Assembly: GCA_963718625.1 (NCBI GenBank)
Contig: OY970362.1
Location: forward strand, 975,845-1,039,844
Direction: 5' to 3'
Origin: an uncultured Solirubrobacterales bacterium
Lineage (GTDB): Bacteria; Actinomycetota; Thermoleophilia; Solirubrobacterales; Solirubrobacteraceae
Length of the DNA stretch: 64,000 nucleotides
The position numbers were made by a program, and so were the translations under genes. The first letter of the stretch is position 1. Each line of letters opens with the position of its first letter. The notes beneath the pieces are model-generated. The model worked only from the letters and a program-made list of their open reading frames with translations. It did not search any database and was not told the DNA's origin. Below, in pieces: positions 63,185 through 64,000 of this stretch.

Positions 63185-64000
63185 CTAGTAGGTCAGCGCC
63201 GGAATCGTGGTTGCGCCCGAGCCGGCGGCGCCCGACCCGTCGCCGCCGTCGGCGTGGTCGAGTCCTTTGCGACCGTAGCGAAGCATCAGGATGAGATCGG
63301 CGGCACCGAGCGCGATGTAGATCGCCACGAACACGATCAGGCTGATCCAGATATCGGTGGAGCTGACCGAGGGCGAGTTGGCGTTGATCGTCTTCATCAG
63401 CCCCTGCACGATCCATGGCTGTCGGCCGTTCTCGGTCAATAGCCAGCCCGCGGTGTTCATCAAAAACGGCGTCACGACGGCCCACAGCGAGACGCGCAAG
63501 AACCACTTCGAGCGCTGCAGCGTGCCTCTGTGCACCAGCCAGGCGCCCCACAGGGCCAGCAGCGCGATCAGCGACCCCAGGTAGGCCATCACGCGCATCG
63601 ACCAGTACTGGATGAAGACGTCGGGGATGTAGTTGCCCGGCCCGTACTTCTTTTCGTCTTCCTTCTGCAGCTGGTTCAGGCCCACGACGGCGCCGTTCCA
63701 GGTCCCGTCCGCGAGGATTGAGAGCAGGTGTGGGATTTCGATGATCTGCGACGGGGTCTTGTCGTTTTTCCCGCCGCCGACCTGAAATGCAGAGAACGAG
63801 CACGGCTGGCAGTTTTCCCATTGGGCCTCGGCCGCGGCGATCTTGACCGGTTGATACTTGGTCTCGATCTCGCCGAGCTTGTTGCCAACGAACATCTGCA
63901 GGAGGATCGCCGGGAGCAGCACTATCACCGAGAGCTGCGCCGTCACGCGGAAGGCCTCGGCCTCGCGCTGCTTGCGTAGGTGCCACGCGGAGACCGCGAG
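63185..64000 (-). CDS. cydA: cytochrome bd ubiquinol oxidase subunit I, C-terminal part (the N-terminus lies beyond the window end)
   Basis: ...QPVKIAAAEAQWE...(Q-loop)...TENGRQPWIVQGLMKT.... The frame stays open to position 64000. Confidence 0.85.
   Translation of the reverse strand, partial: LAVSAWHLRKQREAEAFRVTAQLSVIVLLPAILLQMFVGNKLGEIETKYQPVKIAAAEAQWENCQPCSFSAFQVGGGKNDKTPSQIIEIPHLLSILADGTWNGAVVGLNQLQKEDEKKYGPGNYIPDVFIQYWSMRVMAYLGSLIALLALWGAWLVHRGTLQRSKWFLRVSLWAVVTPFLMNTAGWLLTENGRQPWIVQGLMKTINANSPSVSSTDIWISLIVFVAIYIALGAADLILMLRYGRKGLDHADGGDGSGAAGSGATTIPALTY

Noticed and set aside
1-64000. CRISPR arrays, rRNA genes, prophage structural modules, and toxin-antitoxin or known defence-system gene sets.
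   Set aside because: No regularly spaced direct repeats, no rRNA-like conserved strings and no phage or defence hallmark proteins were recognised anywhere in the window.

Overview
This is a very high-GC actinobacterial-type chromosome segment, about 68% GC or more in hand-counted 60-nt samples. It is densely coding on both strands, with about 65 protein genes. There are 4 intact tRNAs (Leu-CAA, Leu-TAG, Trp-CCA, Arg-TCT), no rRNA and no CRISPR. Many long Arg/Pro/Ala-rich ORFs in the six-frame track are shadow ORFs of the real genes.

Core content, in order: a DipZ-like thiol-disulfide protein; an ethylmalonyl-CoA module (ccr, a meaA/ecm-type mutase, meaB) with clpS inserted; YgfZ; an HxlR/MFS pair; an aquaporin; and a coenzyme F420 cluster (fbiC, cofE, cofC, cofD, npdG). 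Then come leucine/HMG-CoA-type acyl-CoA genes (SDR, HMG-CoA lyase, enoyl-CoA hydratase, carboxyltransferase), interrupted by two paralogous secreted beta-propeller genes. After that: amidase; IMPase; rpiA coupled to a PAS-GGDEF-EAL gene; VKOR plus DsbA; a K+ channel; RDD, SHOCT and GAP-like membrane proteins; and cydDC convergent with cydBA (cydA is cut by the window end).

Unusual content:
(1) tRNA-Leu(TAG) at 31818-31901 is followed by two further copies of its 3' half (33928-33979 and 39659-39713). These delimit two tandem islands with no integrase. Their cargo is a secreted beta-helix protein, a translationally coupled YceI plus frameshifted radical-SAM pair, a transposase-tail remnant, DUF1918, a basic repeat protein and a WS/DGAT.
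(2) A conspicuously low-GC, Lys-rich operon of three very large prepilin-type genes plus a polytopic GT-C-like membrane protein (43087-48926) lies next to tRNA-Trp. No pilus machinery is visible in the window. One gene junction lacks a stop codon at an A5 tract.
(3) The two beta-propeller paralogs share an upstream motif at identical spacing.
(4) A structured intergenic segment is bracketed by 33-nt direct repeats.
(5) A TetR gene has two tandem AT-rich palindromic operators facing two tiny membrane-protein genes.

All functional calls come from motif recognition by eye. No database search was run.
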